A DNA stretch of 43,698 nt, from NCBI GenBank assembly GCA_037137655.1, contig JBAXJX010000003.1:1-43698 (forward strand). Reading direction: 5' to 3'. The notes beneath the pieces are model-generated. The model was not told where the DNA came from. It worked only from the letters and a program-made list of their open reading frames with translations, and searched no databases. The DNA is from Candidatus Falkowbacteria bacterium (GTDB lineage Bacteria > Patescibacteriota > Patescibacteriia > Patescibacteriales > UBA12465). This document shows, piece by piece, positions 8,410-17,025 of this stretch. The stretch's first letter is position 1, and each line of letters begins with the position of its first letter. The position numbers and the translations under genes are program-made.

Positions 8410-8874
8410 ATGCAAAAAGAACTTTATTTGAGAATTCTGGATCAATTTCCAAATCCTATTTGGCGAGCGGCATTGGATACAAAATGTGACTATTTTAATA
8501 AAGCTTGGTTGAGTTTCACTGGCCGGACAATTGAACAAGAGTCCGGAGATGGCTGGGTCAAGGGTGTTCACCCAGAAGATCTTAATTCTTGCGTCAAAAC
8601 TTATTTAGAGGCATTTAAGGCTCGGGAGCCGTTTGAAATGGAATATAGACTTATGCATAGTGATGGAACATATCATTGGTTACTTGACTCCGGTAGTCCA
8701 TTTTTTAATGACAATGGAGAGTTTATGGGATATATTGGGTCTTGTTATGATATTAATGAGACAAAACAGTACATCTTGGAGATTGAAAAAATGAATAATT
8801 TTATGGTTGATAGAGAATTAAAAATAATTGAAATGAAAAAGGAAATTGAAGAATTGAAAAAAAATATTAAATAG
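8410..8874 (+). CDS. stand-alone PAS-domain protein with C-terminal coiled coil
   Basis: ATG 8410 preferred over the upstream TTG at 8350. PAS-fold motifs FNKAWLSFTGRT, GWVKGVHPEDL and EYRLMHSDGTYHWLL. The C-terminal heptad segment is FMVDRELKIIEMKKEIEELKK. Confidence 0.75.
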   Translation: MQKELYLRILDQFPNPIWRAALDTKCDYFNKAWLSFTGRTIEQESGDGWVKGVHPEDLNSCVKTYLEAFKAREPFEMEYRLMHSDGTYHWLLDSGSPFFNDNGEFMGYIGSCYDINETKQYILEIEKMNNFMVDRELKIIEMKKEIEELKKNIK

Positions 8875-8891
8875 GCTCATGAACACCACCC

Positions 8892-9479
8892 ATGAACAAT
8901 AAACCAATTTTAGATCGGAATATAAGTCTTAAAGATTTTAAGGAATTTTATTGGCTAAAGGAAGAGCTGATGGTTTTTTGTCGGGAAATTGGTTTGAAAA
9001 GTTCTGGTGGTAAAATTGATATTACCAGTAGAATTATAAAATATTTGCAAACCGGTAAAATAACTCAAGATAAAATAGTTAAAAAAATAAAATTGCCAAA
9101 GGCTTTGCATCCAATAACTCCAAGTACTGTTGTTGGTGTTGAATATAGAACTTATCAAGAAAAAAAAGATTTTTTCCAAGGCGCTATCGGCAAAAAATTT
9201 CATTTCACGACGCATTTGTTAAATTTTATTAAAGATAATGTTGGTAAAAAGACTTATCAGGATGTAGTTAATGAATGGCATGCCGAACAAAAGTTAAGAA
9301 AAAATAAAAATTACCAAAAAGAAATCGCGCCACAATTTGAATACAATACCTATATTAGAGATTTTTTAAAAAACAATCCTGGCCAAAAAGATGAGGCTAT
9401 AAGATGTTGGAACATCAAGAAAACTTTACGGGGAGACAATATTTATAATGACTCCGACCGACAACTCAATACGAAGTAA
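8892..9479 (+). CDS. SAP-like domain protein (DUF6434-like)
   Basis: N-terminal LKEELMVFCREIGLKSSGGKIDITSRIIKYL resembles a SAP helix-extension-helix motif. The remainder is basic. Family assigned from memory only. Confidence 0.5.
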   Translation: MNNKPILDRNISLKDFKEFYWLKEELMVFCREIGLKSSGGKIDITSRIIKYLQTGKITQDKIVKKIKLPKALHPITPSTVVGVEYRTYQEKKDFFQGAIGKKFHFTTHLLNFIKDNVGKKTYQDVVNEWHAEQKLRKNKNYQKEIAPQFEYNTYIRDFLKNNPGQKDEAIRCWNIKKTLRGDNIYNDSDRQLNTK

Positions 9480-9524
9480 ATGCCAATGTCGCCATGGTCT
9501 CTTTGTGTTTGTGGCGCCGCAACA

Positions 9525-9553
9525 TTGACAAAATTACTCGATAAATGTTATAT
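9525..9553 (+). promoter_or_regulatory. candidate sigma-70 promoter for the lysA operon
   Basis: TTGACA (9525-9530), 17-nt spacer, TTATAT (9548-9553), with TG just upstream of the -10. Confidence 0.45.
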
Positions 9554-9617
9554 TTCTCTATCACTTGTATCTTAAAAATTAAATAGTATAAACCAAAAAA
9601 AAGAAAGGAAAGTAATT

Positions 9618-10898
9618 ATGATTTCACAAGAGTTTGAAGATCGTTTAACACCAATTTTACCACAAATTGTGGCCGAATTTGGTACACCGTTTCATATTTA
9701 TGATGAGGCGGGAATTGCGGTTAATGGAAGAAGGTTGAAAAAAACCTTTGCTAATTTTCCCGGGTTCCAAGAATTTTTTGCCGTTAAAGCCTGTCCTAAT
9801 CCAGCTATTTTAAAAATTATGGCTGATTTGGGTTTTGGTTTTGATTGCAGTTCCATCCCGGAATTAATTTTAGCGCGCCAAGCTGGTGCTGACGCTGATC
9901 ACATTATGTTCACTTCTAATAACACTTCACACGAAGAGTTGTTCGAGGCACTAGCAGAAGGTGGCTGCATTTTAAATCTGGATGATATATCTATGATTGA
10001 TAAAGTGCCGTTATTTTCGAAAGCAGTTTGTTTTCGTTACAACCCCGGTGCGACTCGTGAAGGGAACGCCATTATTGGTAATCCGGAAGAGGCGAAGTAT
10101 GGGGTGCGTGATGATCAAATTGCTCAAGCTTATAGTTTGGCTATGAAAAGAGGTGCGCAGAAATTCGGTTTGCACACTATGATTTGTTCTAATCAACTCG
10201 ACTATCAATATATGGTTGAGACGGTAAAAATGATTTTAGGTGTGGCCGAAAGACTTTATGATGATTTGGGAATTGATTTGGATTTTGTAAATATTGGTGG
10301 TGGTATTGGTATACCATATAAGCCAGAACAAACAGAGTTTGATATTAAATCTTTTGCTCAAGTTAGTGAGGAAATTTTTAATTCTTACAAAACCGAACTC
10401 TTCAAAATTCCCAAACTGTACATGGAATCTGGTCGTTATATGACTGGGCCTTATGGGGTTTTGGTGACGAAAGTCATTAACACTATGGATAAGTACCGGA
10501 GATATGTTGGAGTTGACGCTTGTATGTCATCTTTGATGCGTCCGGCGCTTTATGACGCTTATCATCACATTACTATTTTGAATTCCGCCGAACGTGGAAA
10601 TGAAATTGTGGATGTGGTTGGATCACTTTGTGAAAATAATGATAAGTTTGCCAAACAAAGACTTTTGCCAAAAGCAAAACTTGGCGACATTATGATTATT
10701 CATGACACGGGAGCACATGGTCATGCCATGGGCTTTAATTACAACGGACGACTTCGTCCGCAAGAATTAATGTTATGTAAAGACGATACGGTGAAATTAA
10801 TTCGCCGCGCCGAAACAATTCATGATTATTTTGCCACTTTCAAATTCGTTGAACAAGAACTTTGTTTTGAGATTGGTAGTAATAAAGTAAAAAAGTAA
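9618..10898 (+). CDS. lysA: diaminopimelate decarboxylase (group IV PLP decarboxylase family)
   Basis: FFAVKACPNP (PLP lysine), GFGFDCSS, NIGGGIGIPY and GSLCENNDKF. RBS aaaggaaag lies upstream. The neighbouring DapL-like gene supports assignment to the DAP pathway. Confidence 0.75.
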   Translation: MISQEFEDRLTPILPQIVAEFGTPFHIYDEAGIAVNGRRLKKTFANFPGFQEFFAVKACPNPAILKIMADLGFGFDCSSIPELILARQAGADADHIMFTSNNTSHEELFEALAEGGCILNLDDISMIDKVPLFSKAVCFRYNPGATREGNAIIGNPEEAKYGVRDDQIAQAYSLAMKRGAQKFGLHTMICSNQLDYQYMVETVKMILGVAERLYDDLGIDLDFVNIGGGIGIPYKPEQTEFDIKSFAQVSEEIFNSYKTELFKIPKLYMESGRYMTGPYGVLVTKVINTMDKYRRYVGVDACMSSLMRPALYDAYHHITILNSAERGNEIVDVVGSLCENNDKFAKQRLLPKAKLGDIMIIHDTGAHGHAMGFNYNGRLRPQELMLCKDDTVKLIRRAETIHDYFATFKFVEQELCFEIGSNKVKK

Positions 10899-10929
10899 AA
10901 TTAGTATTAACCAAAAATGTAAGTAAAAG

Positions 10930-12105
10930 ATGAGAAAATCTAGATTACCAGACGGTGGAATAAATTTATTCCAAAGTATTAAAAAAGTTAAAATGGAAGC
11001 TAAAGCAGACGGAAATACGCTAATCGATTTATCAATTGGTCAGCCATTCGGTCCGGCCCTGCAAAGTGCGCGAAATGCCGCTTCGGTGGCGATTTTGTCT
11101 AAAGAAGAATCAATGCATGAGTATCAGGACAATGGTAGTCCTGGAGTGGAGGACTTCGCGTCCAAATTCGTTGATTTTCATGTTATGGCTAATTTACGTA
11201 ATTACGACGTTGATTATTTACCAACTCCCGGCACCAAACCAATGTTAGGTTTGATTCCGCTCGCTTGTGGAGCTGGGTTAAAGGCCATTGCTACTACCAC
11301 TAATCCTGGTTATCCTACGCCACGTGATTGGTGTCAGTATTTAGGTTTGAAAGTGATTGAACCGGAGTTAAATTCGGACAACAATTTTCTTTTTAATCCT
11401 TATGAATTGGATGGGAAAGATGTTGGTTTGGTAATGATAAATTATCCACACAATCCTTCGGGCGCGGTAGCTAGCCGACTTTGGCTAGAAACTCTTTGCA
11501 CTTATTGCGAAGACAACAACATCCGTATTTTTAACGATGCCGCTTATAGCGCTTTGGCCTATGATAATAGCAGTTGCTGTTTATCTGATGTGGCAGTTGA
11601 TTTTCCGGATCTTTCTTGGGCGGAAGCTTTTTCGGCTTCTAAATTAATTGACAATGGTACTGGTTGGCGGATTGGCGCGATGGTTGGATCGAAAGATTTT
11701 ATCGGTGATATCAAAACCATCAAAGGTAATACTGACTCCGGCTTTGTCGCTCCTATGGCTTTCGGTGTTTTGGCCGCGATTGAAAACGATCAAAAATCGA
11801 TCATTGCCAACATGGAAAAGTATAAAAGAAGAACTGAAACACTTTGTGGAATTTTATTAGGAGCTGGAATGCGTCCAGCCATTACTCCGAAAGCTGGATT
11901 CTTTACTCTTTGGGAAGTGCCAAAATTTGCCTTTGCTCGTAAAATCGAAGATGCGCGCGACTTTAACTTTGCTATGATTGAAAAATTTGGCGTCGTTGGT
12001 GTGCATTTCGGTAAATATATTCGTTATTCAGTCGCTTGTGTTGAAATTGAAGATGTGGCTGATAAAATCGAAGAAGCATTTAAATATGCTTTTGTTGATT
12101 ATTAA
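10930..12105 (+). CDS. class I PLP aminotransferase, probably LL-diaminopimelate aminotransferase (DapL type)
   Basis: LSIGQP, NPGYPTP, NYPHNPSG, FSASKLIDNGTGWRIG (PLP lysine) and KGNTDSGF. The pattern resembles the short DapL group. Adjacent to lysA. Confidence 0.65.
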   Translation: MRKSRLPDGGINLFQSIKKVKMEAKADGNTLIDLSIGQPFGPALQSARNAASVAILSKEESMHEYQDNGSPGVEDFASKFVDFHVMANLRNYDVDYLPTPGTKPMLGLIPLACGAGLKAIATTTNPGYPTPRDWCQYLGLKVIEPELNSDNNFLFNPYELDGKDVGLVMINYPHNPSGAVASRLWLETLCTYCEDNNIRIFNDAAYSALAYDNSSCCLSDVAVDFPDLSWAEAFSASKLIDNGTGWRIGAMVGSKDFIGDIKTIKGNTDSGFVAPMAFGVLAAIENDQKSIIANMEKYKRRTETLCGILLGAGMRPAITPKAGFFTLWEVPKFAFARKIEDARDFNFAMIEKFGVVGVHFGKYIRYSVACVEIEDVADKIEEAFKYAFVDY

Positions 12106-12121
12106 TTGAACAAAATTTTAC

Positions 12122-12152
12122 AAACCCCGCTATAAAATTAGCGGGGTTTTTT
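12122..12152 (+). terminator. Rho-independent terminator
   Basis: Stem aaaccccgct / agcggggttt plus T-run. Confidence 0.85.
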
Positions 12153-12237
12153 ATTGGAGAAATTAGCTTTTTGACAAATAGCTGTTTTGTGGTAGTATAT
12201 AATTAATAAATATAGTTCTTACTTAAAATTTTTAATA

Positions 12238-12450
12238 ATGGCAAAAAAAGTTAAAATTACCTCTAAATTTAAAGAGGCTGATATTAAAATGGTGAATAAT
12301 GGTTTTGCTGGTGGTACGCGATGTGATATTTGTGGTGCCTACTTCGACGATGGTGGATTTTGTGACAATAAACATCCAAGAGGTGGTGAATATTATCCAA
12401 AAGATACTCTCGCTGTAAAACACGATCAAGCAAAAAAAGTAGCGGTGTGA
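12238..12450 (+). CDS. hypothetical small Cys-containing protein
   Basis: 70-aa ORF containing CDICGAYFDDGGFCDNKH (possible zinc-ribbon-like knuckles). Has its own terminator at 12474-12500. Ends in TGA. Confidence 0.5.
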   Translation: MAKKVKITSKFKEADIKMVNNGFAGGTRCDICGAYFDDGGFCDNKHPRGGEYYPKDTLAVKHDQAKKVAV

Positions 12451-12473
12451 TAATTAATTTTCACCAGCTAAGG

Positions 12474-12500
12474 ACCCGACCAACATGTGTCGGGTTTTTT
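12474..12500 (+). terminator. Rho-independent terminator
   Basis: Stem acccgac / gtcgggt plus T-run. Confidence 0.8.
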
Positions 12501-12562
12501 ATTATCTAATTTGATTTTTTGGCTTATAAATGTTAAAATTTCACTATAATGAAATATAAAAA

Positions 12563-13222
12563 ATGAAAATATTTAAATTAAACAACTATCATCGCATTAA
12601 TAACTTTCCGGAGCGTAGTTCGCTGTTTAAAAAAATCCTAAGTCAGGTGGTATTTTTAATTTTGGTGACTAAAATAACTCGTCGAAAAAATCGCTTAGGT
12701 AAAAAAGATTATTTTGCCGCTAAAGAAATAATTAAGCCTGGTGATCTAGTTTTGGTTGGCGGTTTTCGGACTGTCTCTGGTTTTTTCATGGGAAAAACTT
12801 TTACTCATTCCTTGTTGTATATCGGTGACGGCCAATGTATTCATGCTGATGCTGATGGTGTGGACACTATTACTTTTGCGGAACTTTTTTTAGCTTATGA
12901 CACGATGGTCATTTTGCGCGCTAAAATCGAATACGATTATGAAGCGGTGATCCAAAAAGTAATCACTTTTGCCAAGAGTCAAATTGGTAAGCCTTATGAT
13001 TTTTATTTAGAACATCGCCGCGATCGTTATTTTTGCACTCAATTAATTAATGTGGCTTTTAAAAACGCCGGCTTTGATACTGGGGTGGGTAATGGGCTTA
13101 GAATTAAAAAACATTTTTTGTGGATCCTTTGGCGCATTAAACGGGTGGTTAAGGCGGGTGACTTTTTGCACGGTAATTTTAAAATCGTGTTTAAGTCTAA
13201 GAGCTTAAAACGAAAAAAATAG
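12563..13222 (+). CDS. YiiX/YaeF-type permuted papain-like (NlpC/P60 superfamily) hydrolase
   Basis: His precedes Cys: LLYIGDGQCIHADADG ... KPYDF ... RYFCTQLINVAFKNAG. This is the permuted order of the C92/DUF830 family (from memory). Confidence 0.6.
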   Translation: MKIFKLNNYHRINNFPERSSLFKKILSQVVFLILVTKITRRKNRLGKKDYFAAKEIIKPGDLVLVGGFRTVSGFFMGKTFTHSLLYIGDGQCIHADADGVDTITFAELFLAYDTMVILRAKIEYDYEAVIQKVITFAKSQIGKPYDFYLEHRRDRYFCTQLINVAFKNAGFDTGVGNGLRIKKHFLWILWRIKRVVKAGDFLHGNFKIVFKSKSLKRKK

Positions 13223-13302
13223 GCTTTATTGAAAAAAATAGCCCTTTATGCTAGACTAGTAATTACTTTTTATAACAAATTTACTAATAATAATCGAAAT
13301 AT

Positions 13303-14286
13303 ATGAAAAAGGTGTTAACGGGAATTAGACCAACGGCGACTTTAACAATCGCTAACTTAATCGGCGCAGCCGTTCCAATTTTAGAATTACAAAAGAGTGA
13401 TAATGAAATTTTAGTTTTTGTCGCTACGATGCATGGTTTAACTGATCATGAAGCGGGTGATATCGTGGAGAGTGTGGACGAAGTAGTGCGTGATTATTTA
13501 GCCCTTGGTCTTGATCCAAAAAAAGTAACAATTTTTGATCAACGGGCCGTGCGTCGTCAAGTCGCCTTATTAAAACTTTATTTAGAACGTCATATTACTG
13601 TGGCGCGCGCTTGCCGTATTCCAACTCTTAAAGATAAATTGCGTGACGGCCAAACTCCAGAACAAGCTAATGTGTTGTTAATGGCTTATCCAATCATGAT
13701 GGCGGCGGATATTTTGCTGCAAGAGGCGCAAATTGTGCCAGTGGGCAAAGATCAATATTCACATATGGAAGTGACTCGAGAATTAGCCGATTCTTTTAAT
13801 GATAAATATGGTAAGGGTAAAGCTATTTTAGTGCGACCAGAAACTATGAACCGCCAAGATCCAGTTCATATTTTAGCTTTAACCGGTGATGGAAAAATGT
13901 CCAAGTCAAAACCGGAAGGAGCAATTTTCTTAAATGATGCACCAGAGGTAATTAGAAAAAAGATTATGCGCGCGGAAACGGCGGTGGAAGGGGAGATGAC
14001 TAAAAAACTTAATAGTTTGATTGAAATGGCTTTATCTCTAGCACCAGACCGGGTTGATGAAATTAAAGTTTTTATTGATAAGCATTTAGATGGTGAAAAG
14101 GTGATGGGTGGTTTTAAAAAGTTGTTGGCTGATATTTTAGTGGAATTTACCACTAATTTTCAAGCTAAACGCGCTAAAATTACTGATGCTCAGGTTCATA
14201 AAATTTTAGCTGACGGCGCTCTCGTTGCTCAAGCCAATGCGGACAAAGTTTTGGAGCGCGTGGAAACAGCCATGGGAATTATTTAA
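13303..14286 (+). CDS. trpS: tryptophan--tRNA ligase
   Basis: GIRPTATLTIANLIGA (TIGN-type variant of HIGH, as in E. coli TrpRS), VPVGKDQYSHMEVTRELA, and the KMSKS motif GDGKMSKSKP. Confidence 0.85.
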   Translation: MKKVLTGIRPTATLTIANLIGAAVPILELQKSDNEILVFVATMHGLTDHEAGDIVESVDEVVRDYLALGLDPKKVTIFDQRAVRRQVALLKLYLERHITVARACRIPTLKDKLRDGQTPEQANVLLMAYPIMMAADILLQEAQIVPVGKDQYSHMEVTRELADSFNDKYGKGKAILVRPETMNRQDPVHILALTGDGKMSKSKPEGAIFLNDAPEVIRKKIMRAETAVEGEMTKKLNSLIEMALSLAPDRVDEIKVFIDKHLDGEKVMGGFKKLLADILVEFTTNFQAKRAKITDAQVHKILADGALVAQANADKVLERVETAMGII

Positions 14287-14304
14287 AATTAATTTTTTAA
14301 TATT

Positions 14305-14739
14305 ATGTCATTAATTAAGTGGACACCATTTTTAGCCGAAGATCCATTCAATGAAATGGATAAAATGTTTAATGCTGTGACGCCAATGCGGGAAAATCAA
14401 ATGGGATTTACACCGGCCGTGGATATGTACGAAGACAAAAACAATGTCATTGTGGAAACACAATTAGCCGGCATTGACCCTGGGAAAGTTAGTATTTCAA
14501 TTGAAAATGACGTCCTAACTATTAAAGGGGAGAGTGAGAAAAAGAGTGAAGTGGAAGATAAGAATTATTATCGGAAAGAAATTCGGCGCGGGGCTTTTTA
14601 TCGCTCCATCCCTTTGCCAGCTCACGTTTTTGGTGACAAGGCTTCAGCGATTGCGGCCGATGGCGTGTTAAAAATTTCAGTGCCAAAAGCACCGGAGTTA
14701 AAAGCAAAAACGATAAAAATTCAGACTAAGAAAAAATAA
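14305..14739 (+). CDS. Hsp20/alpha-crystallin small heat-shock protein
   Basis: PAVDMYEDKNNVIVETQLAGI, LTIKGE, FYRSIPLP and DGVLKISVPK. Confidence 0.9.
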   Translation: MSLIKWTPFLAEDPFNEMDKMFNAVTPMRENQMGFTPAVDMYEDKNNVIVETQLAGIDPGKVSISIENDVLTIKGESEKKSEVEDKNYYRKEIRRGAFYRSIPLPAHVFGDKASAIAADGVLKISVPKAPELKAKTIKIQTKKK

Positions 14740-14748
14740 TTAAAACGA

Positions 14749-15267
14749 ATGATAAATAATGAAGAAGAAATTATAATAAACACTAAATCGTGTAGTGGTG
14801 GTGGTTGTGCTGATAAAAAAGGCGCTAAATGTTGTGATAATGGCGGCGCTTGCGGCGGCGGTGGTTGTGCTGATAAAAAAACTGAATCTGCCAATATTTC
14901 CGAGCTTAATCAATGGCCAATTAAATTGCACTTAATCGATCCAGACGCTCCTTATTTTAAAGAGGCTGACATTCTGATTGCGGCGGATTGTGCACCATTT
15001 GCTTATGCTAATTTTCATGAGAAATTTTTAAAAGGACGAAAGCTTATAATCTTTTGCCCTAAACTCGATAATGGTCAAGATTTATACGTGGAGAAATTAA
15101 CGGAATTATTTGTTTCGCAAAATATTCGAACTCTTACTTTAGTGCGCATGGAAGCGCCATGTTGTGATGGGTTTGAAGACGTGGTTGTGAAAGCAATTGA
15201 AAAATCTGGCGTCAACGTGCTCGTTAAGCTTCTTACCTTATCTTTGAAAGGTGAGATTGTTGCTTAA
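14749..15267 (+). CDS. cysteine-rich putative Fe-S protein
   Basis: The N-terminus has Cys/Gly repeats (GGGCADKK twice, CCDNGGAC). The C-terminal part (LNQWPIKLHLIDPDAPYF...AADCAPFAYANFH...CPKLD...VRMEAPCC) resembles the C-terminal module of '4Fe-4S binding' proteins from anaerobes (from memory). Confidence 0.6.
   Translation: MINNEEEIIINTKSCSGGGCADKKGAKCCDNGGACGGGGCADKKTESANISELNQWPIKLHLIDPDAPYFKEADILIAADCAPFAYANFHEKFLKGRKLIIFCPKLDNGQDLYVEKLTELFVSQNIRTLTLVRMEAPCCDGFEDVVVKAIEKSGVNVLVKLLTLSLKGEIVA
14800..14880 (+). repeat. 21-nt direct repeat, two copies exactly 60 nt apart, in the Cys-rich gene
   Basis: ggtggttgtgctgataaaaaa at 14800-14820 and again at 14860-14880. Confidence 0.9.
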
Positions 15268-15285
15268 TACTAATTATATTTTTTC

Positions 15286-16584
15286 ATGACACAAAAAGAA
15301 GCTTTAGCTATTTTGGAAGCTGGTCACAATGTTCTTCTAACCGGACCGGCGGGAAGTGGCAAGACTTTTTTGTTAAATCAATACGTCGCCTATCTTAAAA
15401 AAAATAAAGTCGGAGTGGCAATAACCGCTTCGACCGGTATTGCGGCGACTCACATTGGTGGTCGCACTATTCACTCTTGGGCTGGCATCGGGATTAAAGA
15501 TCATTTTACACCCAAGGACATTCAAGCACTAACGAAAAAAGCTTATTTAAAAAAACAGTTTGCGAGTGTGGAAGTTTTGGTGATTGATGAAGTCTCGATG
15601 TTGCATGCTCATCGCTTGGATATTATTGATGAAGTGTGTCGCGCGTTTAAAAAAAATATTTTACCATTCGGCGGCATTCAAATTATTATGTCGGGCGATT
15701 TTTTTCAATTACCGCCAATTTCTCGGGGTGATGATGAGGCTGAATTTGTTTACAAAGCTCGCGTGTGGGGAGAAATGGATTTGCGCGTTTGTTATTTGGA
15801 TGAACAACATCGGCAAAAGGATAAGCGCATGTCACAGGTTTTGAAAAATTTGCGTTCCAATGAGGTTAGTAAGGAAGTAGTTGCTTTGCTTAAGGCCAGA
15901 ATGAAAGCTAAGCCTAAAACTGATATTAAACCAGTGCGCTTATTTACGCACAACGTGGATGTTGATTTTATTAACCAACAAGAATTAGATAAAATTACCG
16001 CCCCAAAATTTAATTACTACATGACCGGTGAAGGGGAGAAGAATTTAGTTGATGCTTTGAAGAAGAATTGTTTGGCGCCAGAAGATTTAGTTTTGAAAGT
16101 CGGCGCTCTCGTGATGTTTGTAAAAAATAAATTTAAAGAAGAAAAAGTGGTATACGTTAACGGTACTACTGGTGTGGTGACGCGTTTCGGTGAAAATAAT
16201 TATCCATTCGTGCGTTTAAAATCGGGCGAGGAAATTTTTGTTACGCCTGATTCTTGGGTGATTAATAACGATGATATGGTGCTAGCACGTATTAACCAAA
16301 TTCCACTTCGTTTGGCTTGGGCGATTACCGTTCACAAGAGCCAAGGAATGACCCTGGAAGCGGCGGAGATCGATTTAAGTCGTTGTTTCGGTTATGGCAT
16401 GGGTTATGTCGCTTTGTCGCGCCTGACCAGTCTAGAGGGTTTATTCTTATTGGGTATAAATGACATGGCTTACAAAATTGATCCACAAGCTTTCGCTTAT
16501 GATAAAGAACTCTTAATCTTATCTGAACAAGCGAAAGAAAATACTAAACCGGTTGCTGCCAGAAGACAGGGAAGTCTTATTTAA
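15286..16584 (+). CDS. Pif1/RecD-family SF1 DNA helicase
   Basis: Walker A is LLTGPAGSGKTFLL. Walker B is VLVIDEVSML. Also GDFFQLPPI and ITVHKSQGMTLE. Confidence 0.85.
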   Translation: MTQKEALAILEAGHNVLLTGPAGSGKTFLLNQYVAYLKKNKVGVAITASTGIAATHIGGRTIHSWAGIGIKDHFTPKDIQALTKKAYLKKQFASVEVLVIDEVSMLHAHRLDIIDEVCRAFKKNILPFGGIQIIMSGDFFQLPPISRGDDEAEFVYKARVWGEMDLRVCYLDEQHRQKDKRMSQVLKNLRSNEVSKEVVALLKARMKAKPKTDIKPVRLFTHNVDVDFINQQELDKITAPKFNYYMTGEGEKNLVDALKKNCLAPEDLVLKVGALVMFVKNKFKEEKVVYVNGTTGVVTRFGENNYPFVRLKSGEEIFVTPDSWVINNDDMVLARINQIPLRLAWAITVHKSQGMTLEAAEIDLSRCFGYGMGYVALSRLTSLEGLFLLGINDMAYKIDPQAFAYDKELLILSEQAKENTKPVAARRQGSLI

Positions 16585-16613
16585 AAAATAAAGTAAATTG
16601 CTATATAGAAAAC

Positions 16614-16640
16614 AAAAAACCCGCCGAGTGGCGGGTTTTT
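16614..16640. terminator. bidirectional Rho-independent terminator (helicase / csp)
   Basis: Stem cccgcc / ggcggg flanked by an A-run and a T-run. Lies between convergent genes. Confidence 0.85.
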
Positions 16641-16660
16641 GTGTATAGTAGAGAAGAGTA

Positions 16661-16858
16661 TTAAGCTCTTTGTACGTTTACAGCGTTCATACCTTTTGGA
16701 GATTGTTCGCTTTCGAAAGTAACTGAGTCACCTTCACGAATTTCGTCGAAAGAAACGCCTACTAAAGAGTTGCTGTGAAAAAACAAATCTTTGTCTTGAC
16801 CGTCAACGGTAATGAAACCAAAACCTTTGTCAGTCTTTTTCTTGATGATACCATTCAT
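16661..16858 (-). CDS. cold-shock protein (CspA family)
   Basis: Start trimmed to [20 protein letters not shown] (RNP1 KGFGFI). Also DLFFHSNSL (RNP2-like). 65 aa. Confidence 0.9.
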   Translation of the reverse strand: MNGIIKKKTDKGFGFITVDGQDKDLFFHSNSLVGVSFDEIREGDSVTFESEQSPKGMNAVNVQRA

Positions 16859-16949
16859 AGATTGATATATAAGTAAATTAAAATGTAAAAATAAATAATT
16901 TTTTTGAAAATTGACTACTTTTCTAAATAATTTGTTGTTTACAAGTAAT

Positions 16950-16978
16950 ACTATACCGCAATACTTAAAATATGTCAA
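16950..16978 (-). promoter_or_regulatory. consensus sigma-70 promoter for csp
   Basis: Minus strand reads TTGACA (16973-16978), 17-nt spacer, TATAGT (16950-16955). This leaves a 5' UTR of about 85 nt, typical for csp genes. Confidence 0.65.
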
Positions 16979-17002
16979 ATTATTCCAAAAGCCTTATAGA
17001 TG

Positions 17003-17011
17003 TGCTATAAT
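17003..17011 (+). promoter_or_regulatory. extended -10 promoter element (TGcTATAAT) for the DUF1294 gene
   Basis: tgctataat lies 15 nt upstream of ATG 17026. Confidence 0.4.
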
Positions 17012-17025
17012 TTAGGCAATAACTT

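Noticed and set aside
8955-10208. Minus-strand ORFs 8955-9215 and 10011-10208
   Set aside because: They are antisense to the SAP-like gene and to the motif-supported lysA gene.
11036-11860. Plus-strand alternative-frame ORFs 11036-11248 and 11648-11860 inside the aminotransferase gene
   Set aside because: They are out-of-frame shadows within a well-supported CDS.
13303-13360. Apparent loss of the HIGH motif in TrpRS (TLTIANLIGA)
   Set aside because: E. coli TrpRS naturally carries TIGN at this position. TIAN is a one-residue variant, and KMSKS is intact, so this is probably a normal enzyme.
13866-14931. Minus-strand ORFs 13866-14153, 14522-14707 and 14740-14931
   Set aside because: They are antisense to trpS, hsp20 and the Cys-rich gene, and they have no independent support.
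15584-15844. 86-aa plus-strand alternative-frame ORF inside the Pif1 helicase gene
   Set aside because: It is an out-of-frame shadow of a motif-supported CDS.
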